The notes: a model not told the origin generated them from the sequence alone. Numbered from the stretch's first letter, positions 9,247 to 17,921 are shown. The stretch: 64,000 nt of DNA from Candidatus Nanohaloarchaea archaeon (GCA_041640035.1 JBEQBC010000002.1:105580-169579), one strand, 5' to 3'. A program made the numbers and translations.

Positions 9247-9387
9247 TTAGAAACCTCCTCCGCCCATGCCGCCCATTCCTGAGCGCATTCCTAAGAGTTT
9301 TGCGATTACAAATCCTGCTACTAGGCCCACTACGGCGGCTTCTGGTTCAGCCATCAGGCCGTTCATTATTTGGTCAGGTAATGCCAT
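9247..9387 (-). CDS. 46-aa single-TM Gly-zipper protein not in the ORF track; paralogue of the core of 14185..14454
   Basis: My own translation gives MALPDQIMNGLMAEPEAAVVGLVAGFVIAKLLGMRSGMGGMGGGGF. The AAVVGLVAGFVI helix and Gly-rich tail match AAIVGLIVGFVI...GGGGDMGGGG of the 89-aa protein. The stop lies 3 nt before the next gene's start. Confidence 0.45.
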   Translation of the reverse strand: MALPDQIMNGLMAEPEAAVVGLVAGFVIAKLLGMRSGMGGMGGGGF

Positions 9388-9438
9388 TGTTGTTTTAAGC
9401 CTCTGATAAAGTTCATTATGAACTACTTGTTTAAATAA

Positions 9439-10485
9439 TTAAACCGATGTTGCCTTCTGCGTTGTTTCTGATTTCGCTGGAGTTTCCGGGGTTTGAGGTG
9501 TTTCTCTGGTCTGCTGTACTTCCAGATGCTCCATATATCTATTTTCTGCTGGAGCGTATTCTTGGTCTTCTGATCTGGCTGCTATGTAGTCGGAGATCTC
9601 TTGGTTTACATCTACTTCTTCAGAGTACATTTCATTGATAGCAGTACCTGGGTCAGAATTAACTTCTAAGCCGACTATCTCGCCATCGGGAGTCTTCATG
9701 TAATCGAATGCGGCTACCTCTAAGCCTTCAGTTGCCTGTATTGCTGCATCGATTTCATAGTCAAATATATCTCCCGGATCTGTGTATTCTCCGCCGTTAG
9801 CTATATTGTTAGCAATTCCTTCTCCATCTTCACGGGCAGCTATCTCTAGCACGGTGGCATCTTCTCCATCACCTAGCACTAGTGCACGACAGTCTTTGAA
9901 GCCTTCTTCATGCGGTACAGATTCTTCTAACCTGTATTCTTCTCTATCAAATTCCTCAAGATATTCTTCCAAGGTCTCGGATTCTTCTATTTCCGTGATT
10001 CCGTTCCCAAAAGAGCTTCTCGCTGGTTTTGCGATAACCTGATCGTCTTCAAGCACCTCAAAAGCTCCTTCTTCAGAATAGCTTTCAGCCATTCGGACAT
10101 TTTGGAGGTTACTAAATGATTCTTCCAGCATTTCAGAAGTCCTGTTCTTATCGTTATGGAACCAAGACATCAAAGGATCTTGTATAAAATCTATATCCTG
10201 GTCTTCTACTGCCGCAGAAACCTGCTCAGCTATTTCTCTGCTTTCTTCATCATCCATTCCTGAAGTAAATTTTTTGTGGCGATAGAAAACTGTTTGATCA
10301 TCTATTTTTTCTAATTCGTCTACAGATGATACATCGGTTACATCGTACCCCTGTTCATCCAGTTCTTCAACAGTCTTTTTCCTGGTCGGTGTATCTACTT
10401 CGCCTGCGTACAGTATATCTGCCTCTTCAACATCTGTTTCTCTTATTATATCATGTACGGTTCTGTCGAAGAGCCATCCAAACAT
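9439..10485 (-). CDS. ATP-grasp ligase, RimK/alpha-L-glutamate-ligase-like
   Basis: The C-terminal half reads QVIAKPARSSFGNGI ... DCRALVLGDG..TVLEIAARED..IANNIANGGEY ... AAFDYMKTPDGEIVGLEVNSDPG. This follows the RimK-type ATP-grasp pattern (KP..GS.G.G., D.R..V.G, N...GG, GvD......V.EVN..PG). Confidence 0.7.
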   Translation of the reverse strand: MFGWLFDRTVHDIIRETDVEEADILYAGEVDTPTRKKTVEELDEQGYDVTDVSSVDELEKIDDQTVFYRHKKFTSGMDDEESREIAEQVSAAVEDQDIDFIQDPLMSWFHNDKNRTSEMLEESFSNLQNVRMAESYSEEGAFEVLEDDQVIAKPARSSFGNGITEIEESETLEEYLEEFDREEYRLEESVPHEEGFKDCRALVLGDGEDATVLEIAAREDGEGIANNIANGGEYTDPGDIFDYEIDAAIQATEGLEVAAFDYMKTPDGEIVGLEVNSDPGTAINEMYSEEVDVNQEISDYIAARSEDQEYAPAENRYMEHLEVQQTRETPQTPETPAKSETTQKATSV

Positions 10486-10519
10486 AGAAACAGATTTGTT
10501 ACATGAAAGTTATAAAATT

Positions 10520-12130
10520 TTAGAAGGAGTCCTTCCAGTTCTCGAGACCCTGAATAGCGTCATCTATCGCTGCGATCAAGTCCTGATCATCATCAATCTC
10601 GTGGTTGTTTGCGTTATGAAGAGCTCTGAGATCGTCTCTCAGATCTGCGAGTTCGTTCGGTATATGAGTATTCACCAGTTCGTTTACATCACTGTCCGGG
10701 AATTCAGGGTTGTTGCATCCTGTATCCGTGTTCAGGTCGTCGATGATATCACGGATATCTGAAAGGTATGCATGTATATCACCGGAGTTGGAGTGGTTCT
10801 GTATGTCTCCAATACGGGATTCGATTTCGGTCTTCTCTGAATTGCTTATCTGCAGCTCGTCCTTGAGTACAGATTTCAAGTCCTGTAACTGTCTCTTTAT
10901 AGTTCCTTTGCGGTTCTTGAGTTGTTCAAGAGAGTTCTCCAAGGCTTCTTCGTGCTCTTCCATTCTACGGGCTCTGTTGAAAAGTCCTTCGTTGTCCAGT
11001 TCCTGTGCATAATCTTCTATCCTCTGTTCGTAGTCCTCAACCTGATCTACATCCTGCATCAGAAGGTTGATGCCTTTCAGTGATTTTGTGACGGTTTCGG
11101 CTTCAGCTATCAGTTTGTTTAGTTCATCGTCCAGGTTTGAGGTTACATGTTCCTCTTTCGTTTCTATCCTCTCGACTGCATCTATTATTGTTTCAAGCTC
11201 CTCCTTTGCATCAATCAAGCCGAATTCTTGATACCGGGATGGAAGGTCCATCGTACCGAGGTCAGTGTTCTCCAACAGTCCTCCTCCGCCTAGAATCATG
11301 TCCGGATGCAGGTTGTCTAGGTTTGGGTTGGATCCGCTGGAGGAGTTGTTTTTGAGCTTGGTGAGTTTTCCACGCATATGGTTAACTCCGGCTGTCAGGT
11401 ACTTTATCCGGTTATTTACATTTTCGTAATCTCTGCTTGCGTTCTTAACACCGTTGATAGCATCGTTGATGTGATCTATCTCCGAGCTCAGGTCTTTGGC
11501 TGCGTTGTTCATCGCTCCTTCTATATGGTCATCTGAGTCGTCTATTTCTTCTACTATCGATTCGATTTCTGCTTCTGTCTGTTCAGGTTGGTCCTGTACA
11601 TTTCCGTCACCGACATTTCTTAGTCTCTGACCTGCTTCCCTTGCTTCCTCTATACCGTAGTTCAGGGCCTTGCCTGTTTTTCCTGCTGTCCAAGCTGCAC
11701 TTGCTGCTCCACCTCCTACTACTGCAATCAGGAGGGCGATTACTCCGAAGAAGAGTGCTCCTACTAGCATCATCTGGATGTCCCAGACGAATCCCATAGC
11801 GTGACCGGTGCCTAAAATAGACAACACTGTCAGAAGCGCAAGTACCGCCAGAAGATTCTTTTTATCGTCATCCTGAACCCCTGAAGATTGAAGGTTGAAT
11901 AGCTCTTCTATCTCGAGTTTGACGACGATTTTCTTCATGATCATGTAGACAGAGAGCCAGATCAAGCCAAAGGTAGCAGCAAGGCCTAGATTGTGAACCA
12001 TATCTCCCTGTGTAAGTCCAAGTGCACTTATTATGCCGGTAATATCTGTTAGAGAAGTGCTTCCGCCATGATTTGCTGCTGCTAAAGGTGTTGCTAAAAG
12101 GGTCAAAGTTGAAAGTAGTTTTTTCTTCAT
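10520..12130 (-). CDS. Signal peptide / NHGGS / 3-TM membrane module fused to a ~380-aa acidic coiled coil; tandem paralogue of 12130..13719
   Basis: 536 aa. MKKKLLSTLTLLATPLAAANHGGS, then three TM helices, then continuous heptad-rich sequence. The start overlaps the upstream stop by 1 nt (TAATG). Confidence 0.7.
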   Translation of the reverse strand: MKKKLLSTLTLLATPLAAANHGGSTSLTDITGIISALGLTQGDMVHNLGLAATFGLIWLSVYMIMKKIVVKLEIEELFNLQSSGVQDDDKKNLLAVLALLTVLSILGTGHAMGFVWDIQMMLVGALFFGVIALLIAVVGGGAASAAWTAGKTGKALNYGIEEAREAGQRLRNVGDGNVQDQPEQTEAEIESIVEEIDDSDDHIEGAMNNAAKDLSSEIDHINDAINGVKNASRDYENVNNRIKYLTAGVNHMRGKLTKLKNNSSSGSNPNLDNLHPDMILGGGGLLENTDLGTMDLPSRYQEFGLIDAKEELETIIDAVERIETKEEHVTSNLDDELNKLIAEAETVTKSLKGINLLMQDVDQVEDYEQRIEDYAQELDNEGLFNRARRMEEHEEALENSLEQLKNRKGTIKRQLQDLKSVLKDELQISNSEKTEIESRIGDIQNHSNSGDIHAYLSDIRDIIDDLNTDTGCNNPEFPDSDVNELVNTHIPNELADLRDDLRALHNANNHEIDDDQDLIAAIDDAIQGLENWKDSF

Positions 12131-13719
12131 TATAGATCAGCGAATTTGTTCAGTAGTCGTTCTTCGGCTGCTTCTTCCTGTTCGTTCTGCTGTTCGATTT
12201 TCTCTAGGTGCTCTCCAATCTTGTTGAGATTGTCTTGCATGTTCTCCATTCTTCTCCAGGCTTGCGGTGCATAATCACTGTCTCCGATGTTTTCCAAGAC
12301 ATTCTTCTCGAGAGCTTCTATCTGATTGAGTATTCTGCCGTCTTCTTTTACGAGCGTTTGAAGCTGCTGAATCTCTTCCTCTTCAAGTTTTATTTCATTC
12401 TTGATTAGGTCTTTGGCTCTCTCGATGAGTTCTTCCAGTCTCTGTTCTTCGCTCATTAGTTCTTGGTAGTAGCTCTTCATCTGCTCGATTTCTTTCTCTT
12501 CCTGTTCAGCTTCTTTGTATACTTTCTCGCTCCCCATCTCTTGAGAGATGCTTTCGAGATATTCATCTAGCTGTTCAGCCTCGCCTATCTCCTGTTTAAT
12601 CCTGCTGAGAAGATTCTGAAGGACGATAAATTCTTCAAGCTTGTTGACTAGGATATGGACCTCATCTTCCATTTCTTCCTCTTCTTTGGTTTCCAGAGAT
12701 TCGATAAGTTTGATATCCTCTTGGACTCCCTTTAGTTCTTCATCTATTGTCTTGAGGCCTTTGAAGCTGTCTACAAACCCTCCTGGCGCTACCTGGTTTT
12801 CTGTTGCTCCTTTTCCTAACCCTGAAGCGGAAAGATTGTTCTCATGCGAGTTCTCCAACGAACTATTAGCTTTGTTTAGTTCATTATTGACATCATCCAG
12901 TCTTGCTTTAATATCCTTGACGCCTTTCTCTTCTTTCTGATCCTGCTTAAGAATCCTTTGTGCGTCCTCAATAGCCTGCTCGAACTCATCCAGATCCTTC
13001 TTCATCATTCCGGAAAGAGTTTTTTCTGATGATTCCACAAGTTCGATTACTTTCTCTACATCATGGGCGGCTTGATCTGATTCTTGCTCGGGATCTTCAC
13101 TTTGACCCGAAGTCACATCTTCTTCTTCATGTTCTGCTCTTGTTGCTACATCCTGAGCCTGAGTGGTCCGGTCTCTAACCGCTTCAATATCCTGATTATC
13201 GTACTCATCGCTGCCTGCGTTAGCCCCTTCATCAAGTTCATTAAGTCCCCATGCACCTGCTTTGGCAGCTTTACCGGTGGAGAACATGAAGAGACCTGCT
13301 CCACCACCTAAAACCAGAATTATCAGAGAAGCTACCAAGAAGCCTACTGCTAACAGTAGTGTTTGTTGAATAGTATCTATTGTGAATCCGAGGTAGGTGT
13401 GTGATGCACCTGCTGCAGAAACAACTATTAGAAGAGATAGTACTGCTCCTAGGTTTCTGCCGTCATCTCCGTATGTGCCACCTCCCATGTTGAAGAGGTC
13501 TTCGAGTTCGAATCGCATGATCAGTTTCTTGGTTATCATGTAGACTGTGAACCAGATCAGTGCGAAGGTTGCTGCGGAGATTGCGATCTGTCTCCAGTTA
13601 TCTACAGGGAATGGAAAGTTGGAGATTAGACCGATTAGTCCTCCGGACCCTCCGTGGTTCGCGGTTGCGATTGATGTGAAAGCCAGTAAAAGTGAGGAGA
13701 AGATGGCTTTTTTGTTCAT
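12130..13719 (-). CDS. Signal peptide / NHGGS / 3-TM membrane module fused to a ~370-aa acidic coiled coil; tandem paralogue of 10520..12130
   Basis: 529 aa. MNKKAIFSSLLLAFTSIATANHGGSGG. The N-terminal ~165 aa are collinear with the downstream paralogue (IWFTVYMITKKLIMRFELEDLFN vs IWLSVYMIMKKIVVKLEIEELFN). Confidence 0.7.
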   Translation of the reverse strand: MNKKAIFSSLLLAFTSIATANHGGSGGLIGLISNFPFPVDNWRQIAISAATFALIWFTVYMITKKLIMRFELEDLFNMGGGTYGDDGRNLGAVLSLLIVVSAAGASHTYLGFTIDTIQQTLLLAVGFLVASLIILVLGGGAGLFMFSTGKAAKAGAWGLNELDEGANAGSDEYDNQDIEAVRDRTTQAQDVATRAEHEEEDVTSGQSEDPEQESDQAAHDVEKVIELVESSEKTLSGMMKKDLDEFEQAIEDAQRILKQDQKEEKGVKDIKARLDDVNNELNKANSSLENSHENNLSASGLGKGATENQVAPGGFVDSFKGLKTIDEELKGVQEDIKLIESLETKEEEEMEDEVHILVNKLEEFIVLQNLLSRIKQEIGEAEQLDEYLESISQEMGSEKVYKEAEQEEKEIEQMKSYYQELMSEEQRLEELIERAKDLIKNEIKLEEEEIQQLQTLVKEDGRILNQIEALEKNVLENIGDSDYAPQAWRRMENMQDNLNKIGEHLEKIEQQNEQEEAAEERLLNKFADL

Positions 13720-13757
13720 GCAGTAGTTAATCCTCTCCTTCTTTAAATTAATTCACC

Positions 13758-14204
13758 TTAGAAGATGGCTTTGAATCCCCAGTAGAGAACTAGGAGTCCT
13801 ACCCCTATGAATATTATGTAGGTGAGTCCTCCGAAGACTACGAATATCAGTTCGTTGATATCTTGGAATAACTGGGTTGGAACCAGCATGAGTGAAACTG
13901 CCAGAGCGATTAGTGTGGCGTACTTGTTTCTCTGTTTTCTGGCCTGTTCTCTTTCACTGTGCCATTCGTCTTCAGCGCTTAATGCGAATTTTAGGGCTTG
14001 TTTCAGTCCGATCTGGAAGATGAAGAATATCAAGAGGAATGGTGCTACAAGTTCCGTTAGTATCTCTGCCTGAGAATCGTAATGCGGTATCTGGAGGTTC
14101 TCGTATGGGTTTCCTCCACCACTGTGAAATGAAGCGGCTGCTGTTGAAACAGTGATAGTTAGTAGTAGAATGATTGAGAGGTATTTAGTCAAAGTCGAAG
14201 TCAT
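13758..14204 (-). CDS. Stand-alone signal peptide / FHSGGG / 3-TM membrane module (no coiled coil)
   Basis: Start moved to the ATG at 14204 (MTSTLTKYLSIILLLTITVSTAAASFHSGGGNP). The longer track ORF would run antisense-free into the upstream gene. Same SP-His-Gly-Gly-3TM layout as the two large paralogues. Confidence 0.6.
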   Translation of the reverse strand: MTSTLTKYLSIILLLTITVSTAAASFHSGGGNPYENLQIPHYDSQAEILTELVAPFLLIFFIFQIGLKQALKFALSAEDEWHSEREQARKQRNKYATLIALAVSLMLVPTQLFQDINELIFVVFGGLTYIIFIGVGLLVLYWGFKAIF

Positions 14205-14454
14205 CGCCGCCACCTCCCATGTCGCCGCCTCCGCCGATATCTCCTCCACCACTTCCGCCGCTACGGGCGTGTTTGATGTAGGCCGGCAGCATATCATCTA
14301 TTACGAAGCCGACTATGAGTCCAACTATTGCGGCTGCTGCGTATTCTCCTGGCAGGGGGAGTAATGAATCAAAGCTTCCTCCTAGCATATCTGCTGCTCC
14401 GACTGCTGCGATAGAGGCTACGGGATAGGCGACGAATTCCCAAGGGTCCTTCAT
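14185..14454 (-). CDS. Small membrane protein with a Gly-zipper helix and a Gly/Asp-rich tail (…GGGGDMGGGGDDFDFD)
   Basis: 89 aa and first gene of the 14454-to-10520 operon. Its core is paralogous to the 46-aa ORF at 9247..9387. Confidence 0.55.
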   Translation of the reverse strand: MKDPWEFVAYPVASIAAVGAADMLGGSFDSLLPLPGEYAAAAIVGLIVGFVIDDMLPAYIKHARSGGSGGGDIGGGGDMGGGGDDFDFD

Positions 14455-14557
14455 ACAAAAATTGTTTTTGAAGGAGAGTTATTAAATTACTTGGAGCCTG
14501 GCTACGGCGTCTGTAAGCAAAATTTATATAAGCAGAAAACGGGTTATTACGGTCTAT

Positions 14558-15733
14558 ATGGGTCTACTTTCAAGCGCTAAGAATCAGATCAACAAAGCGA
14601 AAAAATCTATGGGAAATGTAAAAGACAGGCTAAGCCGTGTAGCAAAAGGCGAGCAAGAGCTTCAAGACGAGATGAACCACTACCAGGATCTTGAAGGACA
14701 GGTGGAGGATGACCTTAGACAGGGAGATAGAAATGTAGCAGATGAAGAAGCTCAGAAACTTGAAAGCGGAGAAATGGAAGCTGCAGAAAGACTGGAAAAC
14801 CTAGATGAGGAGATGCTGGAGATCTTCAAGCAAAACATGAGAGAGGTAAAGTTGACCGCGAATGCCATGAAGGAAAGAGATCAGTTTGAGGAAAGGACTA
14901 GGAAGAAGGTGCGACAGATCGCGAACGAACATAAGGAATTTGATGAGAGACTAAAGCAGGCTTCTCAAAATCTTGAAAGATATATTCAGGAGTCCAAACA
15001 GAATAGCAATAGAATGACTAGAGGTGAAGTCGGTAGAGAAGCACAGACCGACCAAGGTAAGAACTGGCAGGACCTAGAAGAAGAGGCCGAGCACATGAGA
15101 GATAGTATCAACGATGTGGTAAGAAGAGAGAACAACATGCTTGAGCTCTTGAATGCTGAAGAAAAAAGCATGGAAGAATTCAAGGAAGAGTGGGAAGAAA
15201 GCCTTAAAGAAATGAAAAAACTCAGAAACGAGGTTCAAACTTTCTATGGTCAGGAGCAGGAAATGGAGAAAATTGCAGAAGAGCTTGGCGACAGCGATTT
15301 AATGCAGAAAGTAGCTCAGGGAGAGGAAGAAGCTAAACAGATCAAGCAGACATTCAAGGAACTTGATAGCCGTATCGAAGAAATCGAACAGATGCTGGAG
15401 AAGATGGAACAGGAAGACGATTCAATCGTAAAGCACCAGAGTAATGTCACCAATAGAGCTGAAGAAATCCTTGAGATGTCTAAAAACGCTAGAAGGCAAG
15501 TTGCAGAGGTAGAGAACATAGTTGAACGAGATAATTATGAGCATCTGGAGTTCACCAGCCCTGAAAAATGGGAGAAAGAGATAGAGGTCATCAACAAATC
15601 TCTCAACAATGTTGAAGAACTTGTGCAGAAGTTCGAGGAAATCGAAGATCAGGAAATTAAGATTGAGGAACAGGAAGAACAGGTTATTGAAACCGAAGCA
15701 CAGGAGGGCGCTCAGGCAGTCGGAGACGACTAA
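14558..15733 (+). CDS. Soluble E/K-rich coiled-coil protein with an amphipathic N-terminus, unknown function
   Basis: 391 aa and almost entirely heptad-like. N-terminus MGLLSSAKNQINKAKKSMGNVKDRL. AAATTTATATAAG TATA-like box about 25-35 nt upstream. Confidence 0.55.
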   Translation: MGLLSSAKNQINKAKKSMGNVKDRLSRVAKGEQELQDEMNHYQDLEGQVEDDLRQGDRNVADEEAQKLESGEMEAAERLENLDEEMLEIFKQNMREVKLTANAMKERDQFEERTRKKVRQIANEHKEFDERLKQASQNLERYIQESKQNSNRMTRGEVGREAQTDQGKNWQDLEEEAEHMRDSINDVVRRENNMLELLNAEEKSMEEFKEEWEESLKEMKKLRNEVQTFYGQEQEMEKIAEELGDSDLMQKVAQGEEEAKQIKQTFKELDSRIEEIEQMLEKMEQEDDSIVKHQSNVTNRAEEILEMSKNARRQVAEVENIVERDNYEHLEFTSPEKWEKEIEVINKSLNNVEELVQKFEEIEDQEIKIEEQEEQVIETEAQEGAQAVGDD

Positions 15734-15754
15734 AAAACATCTAACAACTATTTT

Positions 15755-15991
15755 TTATTTCTCTTCAAACTTACCTAGTCTTTCCAGAGTTTCTAGTATA
15801 CCCCATGCGTAGATTACAGCTTCCCAGGCGCGTATATAGTCTTCCTCCTCTAGAAAATGATATGTGTCATCTCTGTATGCCTTTACATTCTCCATCTGTT
15901 CGACTTCACTGTCTCTCTCCTCCATTCTACTTTCCAGTTTCTCTAACCATTCCCTGGTTTCTTCCTCAAGTTTCTCCTGAGTCTTGTTCAT
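15755..15991 (-). CDS. Small helical protein, DUF357-like
   Basis: 78 aa. AYRDDTYHFLEEEDYIRAWEAVIYAWGILETLERLG resembles the DUF357 pattern (…FLE.GDY..A.EA.SYA.GWLD.G). The start overlaps the dphB stop by 1 nt. Confidence 0.4.
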   Translation of the reverse strand: MNKTQEKLEEETREWLEKLESRMEERDSEVEQMENVKAYRDDTYHFLEEEDYIRAWEAVIYAWGILETLERLGKFEEK

Positions 15992-16686
15992 TAGAAGTCC
16001 TCCAAGTTTTCGTCCTCTACATGGGAGGTTTCCCCTAATATAATAATGGAGTGCGGTGTCTCACCGGTGATATCTAGGTCGCCTAACCTGCCGCAGCTTA
16101 TGTTTTGATCATCGAGATTAGCTCTTTCCAGGAAAATAGCGTCCTTATCCGCTAGTTCTTCGTCCATTTCAACCAGTTTATCCCTCGCCTCATCGGCCGG
16201 ATAATCGATATCAAGAAGTACTAATGTGTGGAGGCCTACAGAGAGGTTATCTTGAATGTACTCTGTGATTGATTCCGGTTTCATATCCTTGGGAAGAGTT
16301 ACTGTTCTTCCGAACTTGTAGATGCTTAAACCAGTCTCTGCGATGGATGTGAATATAGAAGGTGCGTGAACAACATCGGTTTCGATCCCTTTCTTTTCTG
16401 CTCTTCTCTTGATATCATAATGGGTTGTAGCGGTTAACGCATCTCCCGAAACAAGAAAGGCTGTTTCCTGTTGTTCAGCTGATTCTACAATAGTATCCTT
16501 CTGCTCTACTTCATCGCGTGAAAGCTTCTGGATATCCTTACCTGTTTTTTCCTCTAATTTCTTTAGATCAACTGTTTCTGTATTTGTGTAAAACTCTGCG
16601 AATACTTTTTCAGAGTTTTCTATCCCTTTCAGGCCTTTTACGGTTATTTCATCGTCGTCGAGACCCAGTCCAATAAGGTGAAGCAT
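15991..16686 (-). CDS. dphB: Diphthine synthase
   Basis: MLHLIGLGLDDDEITVKGLKGIENSEKVFAEFYTN ... AFLVSGDALTATTH ... GLSIYKFGRTVTLP. These are the characteristic tetrapyrrole-methylase/Dph5 motifs. Confidence 0.85.
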   Translation of the reverse strand: MLHLIGLGLDDDEITVKGLKGIENSEKVFAEFYTNTETVDLKKLEEKTGKDIQKLSRDEVEQKDTIVESAEQQETAFLVSGDALTATTHYDIKRRAEKKGIETDVVHAPSIFTSIAETGLSIYKFGRTVTLPKDMKPESITEYIQDNLSVGLHTLVLLDIDYPADEARDKLVEMDEELADKDAIFLERANLDDQNISCGRLGDLDITGETPHSIIILGETSHVEDENLEDF

Positions 16687-16743
16687 CTTAACTAAACAGG
16701 TTGATGTAACTGTTTTTAATTAGTTGGAAGACATTTCGATTTC

Positions 16744-17775
16744 ATGAAACAGGAAAAACTAGAGAAAAAGGCTGAAGAACTGTTTGAAAGACAGGGATTC
16801 AGAATTAAGAGAGAAGACGATGTCTTCAAGGCCTGTAATGAAGGAGACGAATTAGAATTCCAAGTATTCAGCTCTGAGAAATACAGTGTAGAAGAAGCAA
16901 GAGAAAGAATTGAGAATGATACAGATGCAGTATTTGTAGATGAAAGCCTGAGAGAAATCAAAGAAGTGGCGGAAACTGATGTATCTGTCTTGAAAGAGGA
17001 AGAAGACGGTAAAAGCTATGATTTACCTAGTTTTGAGTTGATCGGAGATATCGCAGTAATAAACGATCTGGACGGAAAAGATGAGGAAGAAGTGGTTGAG
17101 GGAATCACTGAGAACCATCCTCACATTGAAACTATTCTATTGAAATCAGAGCAGCTGTCAGGCGAATTCAGAGTTGGCGGATACAAGAAGCTGTATGGAC
17201 AGGATACCGAAACAGTGCACAAGGAGTTCGGAGTGGATATCAAAGTGGATCCGACCAAGGCTTACTACTCCGAAAGGTTCTCTACCGAAAGAAAAAGAGT
17301 AGCCGATCAGATCAAACCAGGAGAAAAAGTACTGGTGATGTTCGCAGGAGTAGGACCTTTCGCACTGATCGCAGCCAGGCACTCAGAGGCGGAAAGAATA
17401 GTAGCAGTGGAGAAAAACCCTGAAGCGTGCGAATACCTGAAGGAAAATATCAAGCTAAACAACTTTACAGAACGGATCGAAGCTAGGTGCGGAGATGTTG
17501 AGGAGATACTTCCAGAGCTAGAAGACCGTTTTGATCGGATAATAATGCCTCTACCAGGAAAAGCCGATGAATTCCTCGACCTTGCAGAATCTGTCGTATC
17601 TAAAGACGCAGTGATTCATTACTACCGTTTCATGGAGGAAGACGACAGAGAGGGTTTAGAATCAGAGATAGAAAGTATTTTAGAACATGATTTCAGAGTG
17701 AGGGAGATGGTGAAATGCGGGGAGAAAAGTCCATCTACGGACAGAGTTTGCGTTGATATTGCTTTAACTTCTTGA
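16744..17775 (+). CDS. trm5: Met-10+/Trm5-family tRNA methyltransferase (Trm5 or Taw2-type)
   Basis: VLVMFAGVGPFALIAARHSEAERIVAVEKNPEACEYLKENIKLNN ... DRIIMPLP. This is a class I SAM-MTase of the Trm5/TYW2 family. Confidence 0.75.
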   Translation: MKQEKLEKKAEELFERQGFRIKREDDVFKACNEGDELEFQVFSSEKYSVEEARERIENDTDAVFVDESLREIKEVAETDVSVLKEEEDGKSYDLPSFELIGDIAVINDLDGKDEEEVVEGITENHPHIETILLKSEQLSGEFRVGGYKKLYGQDTETVHKEFGVDIKVDPTKAYYSERFSTERKRVADQIKPGEKVLVMFAGVGPFALIAARHSEAERIVAVEKNPEACEYLKENIKLNNFTERIEARCGDVEEILPELEDRFDRIIMPLPGKADEFLDLAESVVSKDAVIHYYRFMEEDDREGLESEIESILEHDFRVREMVKCGEKSPSTDRVCVDIALTS

Positions 17776-17921
17776 ATAGAACAACCATTTAAAACTTTGT
17801 AGTTATTGTATAGTTGTAAAAATCTGAGAGCGAGCGATTGAGTCAGCAAAGAGTTCCAAAAATTAGTGATCTGGAAGCTCTCTAAAATCCAAAAACAATC
17901 AAAAAAAGAGGTGAATTTATT

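Noticed and set aside
14205-14297. N-terminal 31 codons of the track ORF 13758..14297
   Set aside because: This part overlaps the 3' part of the 89-aa gene in another frame. The Met at 14204 starts a proper signal peptide that matches the paralogues.
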